Shown in pieces: positions 9,352 through 19,072 of a DNA stretch of 64,000 nucleotides. Location of the stretch: assembly GCA_963736545.1 (NCBI GenBank), contig CAVTPA010000001.1, forward strand, positions 833,660 through 897,659, read 5' to 3'. The number at the start of each line of letters is the position of its first letter. Within the stretch, counting starts at the first letter, position 1. This DNA comes from an uncultured Chloroflexia bacterium (lineage in GTDB: Bacteria > Chloroflexota > Limnocylindria > Limnocylindrales > CSP1-4). The position numbers were made by a program, and so were the translations under genes. The notes under the pieces are model-generated. The model ran no database searches. It was not told the origin of the DNA and saw only the letters and a list, made by a program, of their open reading frames with translations.

Positions 9352-10168
9352 TCAGCCGCCCGCGGGCGGCGGCTCCACGGCGTTGGCGGGGTCGTTGATG
9401 TCCGTGACGTCGAGGGTCATCTCGAACGACCCGTTGGCGCTCTCGCCGACGATGGCGTAGCTCACGGCATAGCCGCCGTCCTTCGCGACCCAGAAGTCGA
9501 CCGTCCATGTCGCGTCCGGGAGCCCGAGCGCGCTGCCCATCGACGCACCGAGCTCTTCGCCCGACGCGGTGTAGTGGACCGTCTCCACGCCGTTCTTCGT
9601 CTCCTCGCCGACGGGCGTCAGGCCGGTCAGCCCGCTGAACGACCCGAGCATCTTGTCCGGGGCCAGGCTGTCGATCGTCTTCTGGGCGTCCTCGGCCGGC
9701 GTCTCGATCCAGCCGCTGCCGAGCGAGACCCAGGCCTTGTCGCCGATGACCCGGTAGCCCACGTCCAGCGTCTGCTCGGCCGTGCCCATCGACATCGTCA
9801 TGTCGGCGGCCCTGACCGGCTCGAAGATGACGACGCCTTCCATCGTGAGGCCGTCGCCGAACGCGGCGAACATGCTGTCCTCCATGCCCTCCATCGACAT
9901 CGTGATGGCGAGGTGGTAGGAGTCGAGGTCGGCGAGCGCCGCGGCGGCACCCCCGATGTCGGGGCCACCGGCGCCCGCCGTGGGGGCGACCGTGGCGGGA
10001 GCGTCGGTCGGGGCGACCGTGGCCGGGGCGACCGTGGCCGGCGCATCGGTGATGCGTCGGCGCTGCGCTGCCCCCTCCCGGGACCGCCGATGCGGCCCCG
10101 CCTCCGCAGGCGGCGACGACGAGCACGAGCGTGCCGAGCCCGACGAGCGGGCGAGCCCACCTGGACAT
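9352..10168 (-). CDS. Lipoprotein of unknown function; apparent single-base frame break near 10055
   Basis: The signal and lipobox MSRWARPLVGLGTLVLVVAAC-GGG lie in the frame of ORF 9293..10207. The mature part (ITDAPATVAP...TMSMEGMEDSMFAAF...TLDVTDINDPANAV) lies in the frame of ORF 9352..10524. Confidence 0.65.
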
Positions 10169-10333
10169 GCGACCTCCTCGGTCGTCCAGGGACGCACGGG
10201 ACGGCATGGGCCCCGCTCCGGACGATGGCGACGAGGATGGCCACCGGTCGCCCTGCGGTCAACCACCATTCGGCACCCACCCGGGGCGCCGATCGTCCCA
10301 CCACGCGGAGTGCGCCCGGCCCCGGGTCGAGCG

Positions 10334-11410
10334 TCAGCCCGGCGGATCGCCGGGGTCGGGTTCGCGAACGAGCAGCGCCAGCAGCCGGTCGGCCGCCGCG
10401 TACGGGTCGAGCTCGTGACCGACGACGGCGTCGAGCGTCGCCGCGGTGGTGGCGGCGAGCTCCGGTGCCAGGAGGCGGCCGCGCACGCGGTCGGCGAGGA
10501 GCGCCCAGACGAGGGCCGCGGCACGGGCCCGGCGGACGGGAATGCCCTCGGCTGCCTCGCCCAGCCCGGCCCGGTGGCGAGCGATCGCCGCCACCAGCTC
10601 CGCGACGCCCTCGCCGGTCGTCGCCGTGGTGAGGAGCACCTCGGGGCGCTTCGGCTCCGGGCGCGGTTCCGCCGGCGTGTCGCCCTGTCCCCGCCCCGCG
10701 CCGGCGCGTCCCGCCGGTATCACCCCCGTCAGCCGCGGGCTCGCCGCGGCGCTCAGCATCGCCCGCAGCTCCGCCGCCGTCCGCTGGGCGCCGGGCCGAT
10801 CGCCCTTGTTGACGACCACGATGTCGGCCACCTCGAGGAGGCCGGCCTTGATCGCCTGGACCTCGTCGCCCATCTCGGGCGCCTCGAGGACGACCGTCGT
10901 GTCGGCCGCGGCCGCCACCTCGACCTCGCTCTGGCCGGTGCCGACCGTCTCGAGCAGGATGACCTCGAAGCCGGCCGCGTCGAGCACCGTCGCGGCCGCC
11001 ACGGACGAGGCCGCCAGCCCGCCGGCGTGGCCGCGCGAGGCCATGCTCCGGATGAAGACGCCGTCGTCGGCCGCGTACGACTGCATCCGGACGCGGTCGC
11101 CGAGGAGCGCTCCGCCGGTGATCGGCGACGACGGGTCCACGGCGATGACGGCCACCGACCGGCCGCCGGCCCGCAGCTCCCCGATGAGCGCGGCGACGAG
11201 CGTGCTCTTGCCGGCGCCCGGCGCGCCGGTGATCCCCACGAGGTGCGCCCGGCCGGCCCGCGGATGCAGCCGCCGGAGGGCCGACTCCGCGACCGGGGTG
11301 CGGTTCTCGACGGCGGTCAGCAACCGCGCCAGGGCCCGGCGGTCGCCCGTGACCGCGGCGTCCGCCAGCGCGATCCCCCGCTCGGCCGCCGCCTCCGCGG
11401 GCGCCTCCAC
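10334..11410 (-). CDS. meaB: Methylmalonyl-CoA mutase-associated GTPase (MeaB/ArgK family)
   Basis: This is the C-terminal 359 codons of ORF 10334..12106. P-loop GITGAPGAGKST, ETVGTGQSE and VVNKGD are present. A GTG start at 11410 lies just downstream of the B12-subunit stop. Confidence 0.88.
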   Translation of the reverse strand: MEAPAEAAAERGIALADAAVTGDRRALARLLTAVENRTPVAESALRRLHPRAGRAHLVGITGAPGAGKSTLVAALIGELRAGGRSVAVIAVDPSSPITGGALLGDRVRMQSYAADDGVFIRSMASRGHAGGLAASSVAAATVLDAAGFEVILLETVGTGQSEVEVAAAADTTVVLEAPEMGDEVQAIKAGLLEVADIVVVNKGDRPGAQRTAAELRAMLSAAASPRLTGVIPAGRAGAGRGQGDTPAEPRPEPKRPEVLLTTATTGEGVAELVAAIARHRAGLGEAAEGIPVRRARAAALVWALLADRVRGRLLAPELAATTAATLDAVVGHELDPYAAADRLLALLVREPDPGDPPG

Positions 11411-11418
11411 CGGCGTCG

Positions 11419-11823
11419 TCAGTCCAGCGCCCGGACGTTGGCCCGGAGGAAGTCGGCCACCTGGCCGATCGTCGTCCCCGGGCCGAAGACGGCCGCGACG
11501 CCCGCTTCGCGGAGGGCCGGGACGTCGTCGTCGGGGATGATCCCGCCGGCCGTCACGAGGACGTCGTCGAGGCCCTTCTCTCGCAGGAGCGCGCAGATCC
11601 GCGGCACGAGCGTCATGTGGGCGCCCGAGAGGATCGACAGGCCGACGACGTCGACGTCCTCCTGGAGCGCCGCCGTGACGACCATCTCCGGCGTCTGGCG
11701 GAGGCCGGTGTAGACGACCTCGAAGCCCTCGTCGCGAAGGCCGCGGGCGAGCACCTTCGCGCCGCGGTCGTGGCCGTCGAGCCCGGGCTTCGCGATCAGG
11801 ACCTTGATCGGTCGTTCGCTCAT
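11419..11823 (-). CDS. Acyl-CoA mutase B12-binding (small) subunit
   Basis: 134-aa ORF with the cobalamin-binding DxHxxG motif ([13 protein letters not shown]) and GLSILSGAH. Confidence 0.9.
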   Translation of the reverse strand: MSERPIKVLIAKPGLDGHDRGAKVLARGLRDEGFEVVYTGLRQTPEMVVTAALQEDVDVVGLSILSGAHMTLVPRICALLREKGLDDVLVTAGGIIPDDDVPALREAGVAAVFGPGTTIGQVADFLRANVRALD

Positions 11824-11856
11824 GCCGGGATGATAGCCGCCGCCGGTCCGCGGCAG

Positions 11857-12078
11857 TCAGTGCCTCTTGCGGGTCCCGAAGTCGTACGGCTGCATCCCGC
11901 GGAGCCCGGCTACCGGCGCGTCGGCCGCGTCGTCGTGCTCCTTGCGGAGCGCGATCTCGTGCTCGGCCCAGTGCAGCTCGCGGTCCGTGTCGTGGGGCCG
12001 GTGCAGGACCCCGTCGAGCCCGTGCCGCAGGCGCTCCACGAGCGACGGCGTCGTCCTCGTGCGTACCTCCGCGGCCAA
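11857..12078 (-). CDS. Hypothetical small protein (73 aa)
   Basis: It sits in the same-strand gap between the anti-sigma-like gene and the mutase subunit. Composition is non-shadow-like (LVERLRHGLDGVLHRPHDTDRELHWAEHEIALRKEH). No family recognised. Confidence 0.35.
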   Translation of the reverse strand: MAAEVRTRTTPSLVERLRHGLDGVLHRPHDTDRELHWAEHEIALRKEHDDAADAPVAGLRGMQPYDFGTRKRH

Positions 12079-12127
12079 CCTCGCCCACGGCCGGCCCCGC
12101 CGTCATGGGCCGAACGACGCGAAGGAG

Positions 12128-13879
12128 TCACTCGTCTCGCAGGACCCAGGTGACGAGGGCGGGGTCCTCGTCCGGCCGGTACTCGAGGGTGATGCGGCCG
12201 TCGGCCGGCACCTCGGCGACGACGAACGCGGGAAGTCCGGCGAACTCGGGCGGGATCTCGCCTGCCACCGACCAGGACAGGACGTTGGGCCATCCGGCCG
12301 GGAGCTGGTCGTCCTCGGGCAGCCGCAGCTGCGCAAGCGCCTCGCCGTCCGGTCCGACGACCACCCACTCGGCGGGATCGAACGTGAACGTGCCGCTCCC
12401 CCGGCCGAAGGCCAGGCGCGCCTCGAGGAACGCGGCCGCCGGGGGCGAGGGTGCGGCACCGGGATACGCAGGCACCTCGTCCACTCCGTCCACGACGAGT
12501 GGCATCGTCCCGCCTTGCGCTCCCAGGACGACCGGCTCGCCGAGGCGGGCCTCGCCGCTCGTCGGAGTCGCCGCGGGGTCGCTCGACGGACCGGGCGTCG
12601 ACGGCGCCCAGTCAGTCCCGCCGCGGGCGAGATAGGAGAACCGAACGAGCCGGTCCCCGCTCGCGTCGCTCTCTGCGCCCTGGACGTCGAGCGTGACGCG
12701 CACGGCGTCGTCGGGGACCTCCCAGGCGATCGTCCCGCTGTAGGCGAAGCCCGGTCCCGTGTCGAGCGAGGTCGTCCAGTTTGCGCCCGGCATGTCGAAG
12801 ACCAGCGCACTCGAAACGTCGTACCGACCGCCGTAGTTGGCAACGACGATCTCCTTGCCCGGGATGAACCCTCCCGCCAGCGCGTCCTGCCGCAGGCTCT
12901 TGATCTCCACGTCGGCGAGGAGCAGCTTCGCAAGTCCGTTCACCGGCCCGCCCGACCAGTCCGGGCGGTAGTTCGGCAGCCGGTCGCAGAAGCGGACGTT
13001 CGAGACGCGGACGAGCGCCCCCGGCGAGCCGTCCGGGGCCGGGAGAACGCCGGTCTCGCCGAGCGCCAGGATCCCGGTCGACGCCGTCGCCTCGGGCGCC
13101 ACCGGATCGAAGCTCGGAGGAGCCGGCTCCGCCGATGGCTGGAGGCTCGCAAGCGAGTAGTCCTCGAGCGTCGGGCAACGGCCCTCGAGCGATGGCACGG
13201 GCGGCGGGCGGTGGACCGGGTAGCGGAACGTCACGGAGCTGCCCGAGCCCGCGTACCCGAGGTCGACGGTCTCGTCCGGGTCGAAGAAGACGGCCGTCCT
13301 GGCGGAGGCCTGCGTGCCCTCCGGGGCACCGGACGGGATCGGGAAGCCCACGGGATCCGCGACCCAGATGGCATCCGGATCTGGACGGCCCGCGCGCAGG
13401 ATGACGAAGCGGTCGACCCCGACCTCGCGATCGAGCGGGCCGACGACGTGGACCTCGACCAGCAGGCTCACGCCTTCCTTGCCGGTCTCGAGGTCGCGCG
13501 CCGGCACCGCGTCGCTGACGCGGACGAGGAGCGCCGGCTCGCCGAACGCCGTTGCCACGGCGACCCGGCCGAGCGGGATCTCGCCGGTGGTCGGTGTCGC
13601 CGTGGGCGGGAGCGGCGACGGCCACGGCTCCACGGTCGCGGGCGGCGCCGTCGCGACCGGCACGTCGGAGGACGTCGTGGCGAGAACAGCGATTGCGACG
13701 ACGCCGACGGCGGCTGCCACGACGAGGGCGGCCGTCCGCCATCGCGACGCCACACGGCCGGAGGCGCCGATCCGCCCGGCGACGGGCGCGTCGGCCCAGA
13801 GGGGGTGCGGCCCGTGGACCGGATCCAGCTCGGCGGCGAGCCCAGCTCGGAGGTCGCGCTCGAGGCGCTGCTCAGCCAT
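12128..13879 (-). CDS. Putative anti-sigma factor / membrane protein with a large extracytoplasmic domain
   Basis: The start ATG at 13879 overlaps the sigma-factor stop by 8 nt. A short N-terminal cytoplasmic segment precedes one TM helix (AALVVAAAVGVVAIAVLA) and a roughly 490-aa unassigned ectodomain. Confidence 0.6.
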   Translation of the reverse strand: MAEQRLERDLRAGLAAELDPVHGPHPLWADAPVAGRIGASGRVASRWRTAALVVAAAVGVVAIAVLATTSSDVPVATAPPATVEPWPSPLPPTATPTTGEIPLGRVAVATAFGEPALLVRVSDAVPARDLETGKEGVSLLVEVHVVGPLDREVGVDRFVILRAGRPDPDAIWVADPVGFPIPSGAPEGTQASARTAVFFDPDETVDLGYAGSGSSVTFRYPVHRPPPVPSLEGRCPTLEDYSLASLQPSAEPAPPSFDPVAPEATASTGILALGETGVLPAPDGSPGALVRVSNVRFCDRLPNYRPDWSGGPVNGLAKLLLADVEIKSLRQDALAGGFIPGKEIVVANYGGRYDVSSALVFDMPGANWTTSLDTGPGFAYSGTIAWEVPDDAVRVTLDVQGAESDASGDRLVRFSYLARGGTDWAPSTPGPSSDPAATPTSGEARLGEPVVLGAQGGTMPLVVDGVDEVPAYPGAAPSPPAAAFLEARLAFGRGSGTFTFDPAEWVVVGPDGEALAQLRLPEDDQLPAGWPNVLSWSVAGEIPPEFAGLPAFVVAEVPADGRITLEYRPDEDPALVTWVLRDE

Positions 13880-14438
13880 GCCGCACCTCCTGGATCGGGA
13901 ACGTCGCCGCGTCGGCACTGCCGAGCTCGCCCTGGAGCCGCTCGATCGCGCGGTGCAGGATCACGCCCACGTTGTTCGCGTTCGTCCCGAGGATCGTGGC
14001 GATCGTCGCGTAGTCGAAGTCGTGGTAGTAGCGGAGGACGAGGGCCGCCCTCGCCCGGGGCTCGAGGGTCGCGAGCGCTCCGGCGAGAGCCAGGTGGTCT
14101 GTCGCACGCCGGACGTCGTCGGCCGGGGCCGCAGTCGGGCCTGCGACGTCGATTGCGACGAGCCGGGGCCGCGGCCGGCGCGCCTCGCTGATCGCCCGGT
14201 TGACGACGATCCGGAGGAGCCACGCCTGGGCCGGGGCGTCGCCGCGGAAGCGGGCGCGCTCGCGGTAGGCGGCGAGGTACGCGTCCTGCACGGCGTCGGC
14301 CGCCGCGCCGTGGTCGCGCAGGATCGCCCAGGCGGTCCGGTACGCCGCCGGGTAGGTGCGCTCGTAGAAGGAGCCGAAGTCGTCCAGCTCCGCCCGGAAC
14401 GCCATCCGAACCTCCGCGAGGGCCAGTGCCGTGCCCAT
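13872..14438 (-). CDS. ECF-type RNA polymerase sigma-70 factor
   Basis: 188-aa ORF. Region 2 is AADAVQDAYLAAYRERARF. Region 4 HTH is DFDYATIATILGTNANNVGVILHRA. An alternative start lies at 14405. Confidence 0.85.
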   Translation of the reverse strand: MGTALALAEVRMAFRAELDDFGSFYERTYPAAYRTAWAILRDHGAAADAVQDAYLAAYRERARFRGDAPAQAWLLRIVVNRAISEARRPRPRLVAIDVAGPTAAPADDVRRATDHLALAGALATLEPRARAALVLRYYHDFDYATIATILGTNANNVGVILHRAIERLQGELGSADAATFPIQEVRHG

Positions 14439-14510
14439 GTCACAGGTAAGGACGCTGGCCGCTGCCGTCTCCTTACACGGAAGCGACCCGAGCCGGAAGT
14501 GCCGAGCGGA

Positions 14511-15224
14511 TCAGGCGCCGGGGGACGGCCGCTGGAGATGGGCCAGGAACTCGGCGCGGGTCTTGTCGTTCGCCCGGAAGATCCCGAGGACGTGGCTCGT
14601 CGTCATGACGGTGCCCGGCTTGCGGACCCCGCGCATGACGGCGCAGAGGTGCGTCGCCTCGATGACGACGCCGACGCCCTGGGGTTGCAGCTGCTCCATG
14701 AGGAAGTCGGCGATCTGCGACGTCATCCGCTCCTGGACCTGGAGGCGGCGGGCGTACGTCTCGACGATCCGCGGGATCTTCGAGAGGCCCACGACCCGGC
14801 CGTCGGGGATGTAGGCGACCGCCGCGGTCCCGAAGAACGGCAGGAGATGGTGCTCGCAGAGGCTGTAGAAGGGGATCTCCTTGACGACCACCATCTCGGA
14901 GTAGTCGACGTCGAAGATCGCCCCGTTCATGAGGCGCGCGGGGTCGACGTGGTAGCCCGCGGTAAGCTCGGCATACATGCGGTGGACGCGGCCGGGCGTC
15001 GCGACGAGCCCCTGCCGGTCCGGGTCCTCGCCGATCTCGCGGAGGATCTCGCGGACGGCCGCCTCGACGCGCCCATTGGGCTCGGAGACGTGGCTCCTCG
15101 CGCCGCCTTCGATCGCGGCCGCCGAGACGAGGGCGTCGGGACTGGGGCGAGGCTCCTCCCCGATCTCCGTCTCGATCTCGTCGACGATGGAGCGGACGTG
15201 CTCTGGCAGCGGCTGGCCGGTCAT
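14511..15224 (-). CDS. folE: GTP cyclohydrolase I
   Basis: Motifs [14 protein letters not shown] and [15 protein letters not shown] at 15224 is chosen within ORF 14511..15377. The N-terminal extension is uncertain. Confidence 0.9.
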   Translation of the reverse strand: MTGQPLPEHVRSIVDEIETEIGEEPRPSPDALVSAAAIEGGARSHVSEPNGRVEAAVREILREIGEDPDRQGLVATPGRVHRMYAELTAGYHVDPARLMNGAIFDVDYSEMVVVKEIPFYSLCEHHLLPFFGTAAVAYIPDGRVVGLSKIPRIVETYARRLQVQERMTSQIADFLMEQLQPQGVGVVIEATHLCAVMRGVRKPGTVMTTSHVLGIFRANDKTRAEFLAHLQRPSPGA

Positions 15225-15352
15225 TCCGGCATCGTAGCCCGCGGCGGGCCGACCGGCATCGCCCATCGGCCCAACCGGCCCTTGCCGGTCGTTCGGGGGC
15301 GATCGACGCTCACCCTGCTCCGGTGTGCCCCGCACCGGGAGGGAGGACTCCC

Positions 15353-15859
15353 ATGCGTCTCCACCAGCGCCGGCCATGGCTTGCCGGCCTCCTCGTCGGC
15401 CTCCCCATCGCCGCTGTCGCCTTCATCGTCGTCGCCCTGCTGCCGTCACTCCAGGACCTGGGGCCTGGGGTCGGCCCCGCGGCGGCGATCGGCATCGTCG
15501 TGTCCTCGTCGCTCATGGCCGAGCTCGCCGCCCACCGCCACGTCCGGCCGTGGCTGGCGGTGGTCGCCTGGATCGGCGTCGCGCACGCGATCGCGACGCT
15601 CATCGTGGCCGGCCTGGCGCTCGCCGAAGCCGAGGCATCGACGCTCGCCGCGACCTTCGGCGTGCTCTTCGGGCTCGTCCTCCTGCTCCTGACGATGGCC
15701 GTGCCGTGGGTCATCGGCGGGATCGTCTGGCTGCAGCTGGTCCGACGCATCTCGCCCTGGGACGATCCGGCCGGTCCCGCTCCCGCCGGCCCCGCTCAGG
15801 ACAGCGGCACCACCCCCGCCGCGGCGAGCACCGCCGAGGCCACCACGCCCGGCTCGTAG
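15353..15859 (+). CDS. Integral membrane protein, about four TM helices
   Basis: The ATG is preceded by GGGAGG (15338-15345). Hydrophobic segments include [21 protein letters not shown] and [26 protein letters not shown]. Confidence 0.6.
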   Translation: MRLHQRRPWLAGLLVGLPIAAVAFIVVALLPSLQDLGPGVGPAAAIGIVVSSSLMAELAAHRHVRPWLAVVAWIGVAHAIATLIVAGLALAEAEASTLAATFGVLFGLVLLLLTMAVPWVIGGIVWLQLVRRISPWDDPAGPAPAGPAQDSGTTPAAASTAEATTPGS

Positions 15860-16698
15860 CGCGCGAGGTTGTGGCCCCGCGCCGGGAAGGATCCGGCGCG
15901 GATCGCCGATCGCCCGCTCTCGGCCCGCCGGCCGGCCACCGCGCGGAGGGCCGCCAGGCGCGACCCGTCGTCCTCGTCGCGGGCCGCGAGCGCCACGATC
16001 CGGGCGTCGACGAGCGGCAGCACGGCGTCGGGCAGGTACGACCAGATCGCCCGGACCGACGCTCGCAGGGCGTGGGCGTGGACCGCGAGCTTGACGCGCC
16101 CGGCGGCCGTCTCGACCACCTGCGCCCGGGCCGAGCGCTCCTGGTCGGCATCCCAGGTGGCGGGGTCGAACGACTCGCGGTCGGCGAGCCAGGCCGCCAT
16201 CGAGGCGAGCACCTCGGGCGGCTCCTCGATCGACGAAAGCCACTCGTCCGGAGACGCGCCGGTCGCCGCGGCGACATCCTCCCAGCCGCCGTCGACGAGC
16301 ACGAGCCCCGCGCAGCGGTCGCCGAGGGCGTTCGCGGTCCACGCGGCGACGATCGCGCCGTAGCCCATGCCGGCGACGACGAACGGCCCGGCCGGGACCT
16401 CGTCCGGGGGCGCGAGGAGACCGGCCCCCTCGGCGACGGCGATCGCGTCGTCCGCCAGCTGGTCCGGCTCGTAGCCGGCGGTCGGCGCGTCGGAGAGGCC
16501 GTGGCCGCGGACGTCCATCGCCGCGACGCGGCAGTCCCGGACGAGCCGTCGGGCAACCGGCGCCCAGGTCCACGCCGTCTGGGCAAGGCCGTGGATCAGC
16601 AGCACGCCGGGGGCGCCCGCGGGCCGTGCCGGGGACGGCTCGACCCCGGCACGGCCCGCGTCCCAGTCGAGGAAGTGGAGCCGGACCGCGTCGTCCAC
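15796..16698 (-). CDS. Alpha/beta-hydrolase-fold protein with Gly at the predicted nucleophile position
   Basis: VLLIHGLAQTAWTW, DVRGHGLS and PFVVAGMGYGAIVA (GxGxG where GxSxG is expected), plus C-terminal ARGHNL. A GTG at 16698 is the only in-frame canonical start near the homology. An out-of-frame ATG at 16793 is an alternative if an indel is present. Confidence 0.7.
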   Translation of the reverse strand: MDDAVRLHFLDWDAGRAGVEPSPARPAGAPGVLLIHGLAQTAWTWAPVARRLVRDCRVAAMDVRGHGLSDAPTAGYEPDQLADDAIAVAEGAGLLAPPDEVPAGPFVVAGMGYGAIVAAWTANALGDRCAGLVLVDGGWEDVAAATGASPDEWLSSIEEPPEVLASMAAWLADRESFDPATWDADQERSARAQVVETAAGRVKLAVHAHALRASVRAIWSYLPDAVLPLVDARIVALAARDEDDGSRLAALRAVAGRRAESGRSAIRAGSFPARGHNLARYEPGVVASAVLAAAGVVPLS

Positions 16699-16815
16699 GC
16701 CGACGAGATACCCCGCCGGTTCGGCGGCGCCATCCGGCGGCGGGTCGGGGGAAGGGCCAGGGGCGCGAGGCCCGGCCCGCTGACGGGGTCCATCGCGCCG
16801 TACGATACCGCCGCC

Positions 16816-17244
16816 ATGTCGAAGCGCCGTCGCGGGATCCCGGCCGCCGAGCTCGCCGCCCTCCGGCGGCGTCGGGCGGCCCGTCACGTCCACTTCGAGG
16901 ACCTCGTCGACCGCGCGGTCGCCGGCATCCCGATGCCGTTCGCGGCCGCCCTGGACGAGGTGGCGATCGTCATCGCCGACGAGCCATCCTCGTTCCAGCG
17001 CCGCGAGAACGAGCTCGACCCCGACGACACGCTGTACGGGCTCTACGAGGGCACGCCCCGGACCGCGTGGGGCGCCGACGACGTCCCCCTCCCGAACACG
17101 ATCACCATCTTCCGTCTGCCGCTCGAGGAGGACTTCGCCGACCCGCTCGACCTCGAGGACGAGGTCCGGATCACGGTGATCCACGAGCTGGCGCACCATC
17201 TCGGCATCGACGACGACCGTCTCGAGGAGCTCGGCATCGACTGA
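16816..17244 (+). CDS. Small zinc metallopeptidase-family protein (HExxH)
   Basis: 142 aa: MSKRRRG...ITVIHELAHHLGIDDDRLEELGID. This is the tail of ORF 15325..17244. Confidence 0.7.
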   Translation: MSKRRRGIPAAELAALRRRRAARHVHFEDLVDRAVAGIPMPFAAALDEVAIVIADEPSSFQRRENELDPDDTLYGLYEGTPRTAWGADDVPLPNTITIFRLPLEEDFADPLDLEDEVRITVIHELAHHLGIDDDRLEELGID

Positions 17245-17286
17245 CGCGCCGACCGGCCGCACCCGCGGGTCCGCGCGGGAGGAGCG

Positions 17287-18336
17287 TCAGGCGCCCGGCA
17301 GCGGGCCCGCGGCCGCAAGGAGCTCGCCGAGGCGCGCGGTCTCGACGTTGCCGCCCGAGAAGACGACGCTCACGCGCTCCCCGGCGCCGATCGGCACGCG
17401 GCCGTGGAGGACGGCCGCGAGCGCCGCGGCCCCGGCCGGCTCGAGGACCTGCTTCATCCGCTCGGCGGCGAAGCGGAGGCCGGCCAGGATCTCGGCGTCG
17501 TCGAGGAGGACGACGTCGTCGAGCAGGCGGCGGCCGAGCGCGATCGTCGTATCGCTCGCGAACGGGGCGTTGAGGCCGTCGGCCACGCTCACCGGCCGGA
17601 TCGGGACGGGTGTCCCGGCGGCGATCCCGAGCGCGAGGGCGTTCGACGTCCGCGGCTCGACGCCGTAGACCCGGGCAGTGGGCCGACGGCCCTTCACCGC
17701 CGCCGCGACACCGCAGGCGAGGCCGCCACCGCCGACGCCGACCACGACGACGTCGACGTCGGGCAGGTCCTCGACGATCTCGAGCCCGACCGTCCCCTGC
17801 CCCGCGATCGTGGCCGGGTGGGCGAACGGGTGCACGAAGGTGAGCCTCCGCGCGTCGCGGATCCGCTCCATCGCCGCCCACGCCTCCGCCGTGTCCTCGC
17901 CCTCGAGGACCACCTCGGCGCCGTAGCCGCGACAGGCCTCGATCTTCGAGCGGACGGCGGTCGTCGGCATCACCACCACCGCGTGCACGCCGAGGAGGCC
18001 GGCGGCCACGGCCACGGCCGCGCCGTGGTTCCCGGCCGAGATCGCGATGACGCCGGCCGCCCGCTCGGCGGGGGTGAGGCCGGCGATCCGGACCGTCGCT
18101 CCCCGAACCTTGTACGAGCCGGTCCGCTGGAGATGCTCTGCCTTCGCGTACAGCCGGCCGTCGCCGAGCCGGGCACCGGTCGCGGCGGCCACGACCCGGG
18201 CGGCCGTCGTCGAGCCGAGCAGCGGCGTCCGTTCCACCTTGCCGGCGAGGAACGCGGCCGCCTCCTCGATCTGCTCGAGCGTGAGATCGAGCGGCGGGTC
18301 GGGGGGCGGGTTCGCCGGCGAGCGCATCGAGTCCAT
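17287..18336 (-). CDS. PLP-dependent threonine/serine dehydratase (catalytic domain only)
   Basis: 349-aa ORF. PLP-Lys motif TGSYKVRGA, plus SAGNHGAAVA and the GGGGL loop. Confidence 0.88.
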   Translation of the reverse strand: MDSMRSPANPPPDPPLDLTLEQIEEAAAFLAGKVERTPLLGSTTAARVVAAATGARLGDGRLYAKAEHLQRTGSYKVRGATVRIAGLTPAERAAGVIAISAGNHGAAVAVAAGLLGVHAVVVMPTTAVRSKIEACRGYGAEVVLEGEDTAEAWAAMERIRDARRLTFVHPFAHPATIAGQGTVGLEIVEDLPDVDVVVVGVGGGGLACGVAAAVKGRRPTARVYGVEPRTSNALALGIAAGTPVPIRPVSVADGLNAPFASDTTIALGRRLLDDVVLLDDAEILAGLRFAAERMKQVLEPAGAAALAAVLHGRVPIGAGERVSVVFSGGNVETARLGELLAAAGPLPGA

Positions 18337-18342
18337 CGCCGC

Positions 18343-18348
18343 AGTATC
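18343..18348 (-). promoter_or_regulatory. -10-like GATACT, 6 nt upstream of the dehydratase ATG (leaderless candidate)
   Basis: Minus strand reads GCGATACTGCGGC-ATG. There is no SD. Confidence 0.35.
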
Positions 18349-18438
18349 GCAGCGGCCGTGGCGCGTGGCGGGGCGCGCGGCGCGCTATCCTCGCGCTGCG
18401 TCCTCGCCCTTGCTCGTCCGCATGACCGGAGGCTCGCG

Positions 18439-19059
18439 ATGCCCGGCTTCACGCCGTTCACCCGGAACTACACCGATCTCTCCGACGAGAACGGCTACCA
18501 GTTCGAGTTCCGTTGCGACGTCTGCGGCTCGGGCTACAAGAGCGAGTTCGTACGCTCCGGCATCGGGACCGCGAGCAGCCTGCTCTCGGGAGCGAGCAAC
18601 ATCCTCGGCGGCCTCTGGGGCGCGTCGAACGCGGCGAACAGCGCGAAGGGCTTCCTCGACCGCGATGCCCGCGACGACGCCCTCGAGAAGGCGGCCAACG
18701 AGATCATGCCGCTCTTCACGCGCTGCACCGGCTGCAACAGCTGGGCCGACGAGACCTGCTTCAACCGCGACCGCAACCTCTGCACCCGCTGCGCGCCGAA
18801 CCTCGCGACCGAGCTGGAGCGCGAGCGGGCCCAGGTCGAGCTGGGGCAGATGCGCGAGGCGATGCGCCAGGAGACCGTCTTCTCCGGCGACACCTCCGCC
18901 CGGCGGACCGTCTGTCCGACCTGCGACAAGCCGGTCGGCTCGGAGAAGTTCTGCGCAAACTGCGGAACCCGGCTCGGCACGGCTCACTGCACGGAGTGCG
19001 GCGCGGAGCTGCCCACCGCGGCGAAGTTCTGCGGCAACTGCGGGTCGAAGGCCGGCTGA
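18439..19059 (+). CDS. Zinc-ribbon protein with seven CxxC pairs (206 aa)
   Basis: SD GGAGG is upstream. CxxC pairs are CDVC, CTGC, CTRC, CPTC, CANC, CTEC and CGNC. The C-terminal part resembles a double zinc ribbon. Confidence 0.75.
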   Translation: MPGFTPFTRNYTDLSDENGYQFEFRCDVCGSGYKSEFVRSGIGTASSLLSGASNILGGLWGASNAANSAKGFLDRDARDDALEKAANEIMPLFTRCTGCNSWADETCFNRDRNLCTRCAPNLATELERERAQVELGQMREAMRQETVFSGDTSARRTVCPTCDKPVGSEKFCANCGTRLGTAHCTECGAELPTAAKFCGNCGSKAG

Positions 19060-19072
19060 GCCGGCCGGTCCG

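Noticed and set aside
1919-9398. Very long ORFs such as 1919..3652(+), 3441..5870(+) and 7038..9398(+). The same kind of ORF recurs later in the window, for example 11867..14191(+), 32802..36749(+) and 51280..56037(+).
   Set aside because: They are Arg/Pro/Gly/Ala-rich with no motifs. They run antisense to or out of frame with genes that have unmistakable family signatures. This is the usual stop-codon-poor shadow of high-GC coding DNA.
15796-15859. 64-nt convergent overlap between the membrane-protein gene and the hydrolase gene as a regulatory antisense arrangement
   Set aside because: It is more simply explained by an uncertain 3' end of the low-complexity C-terminus of the membrane protein. 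Nothing further supports a regulatory role.
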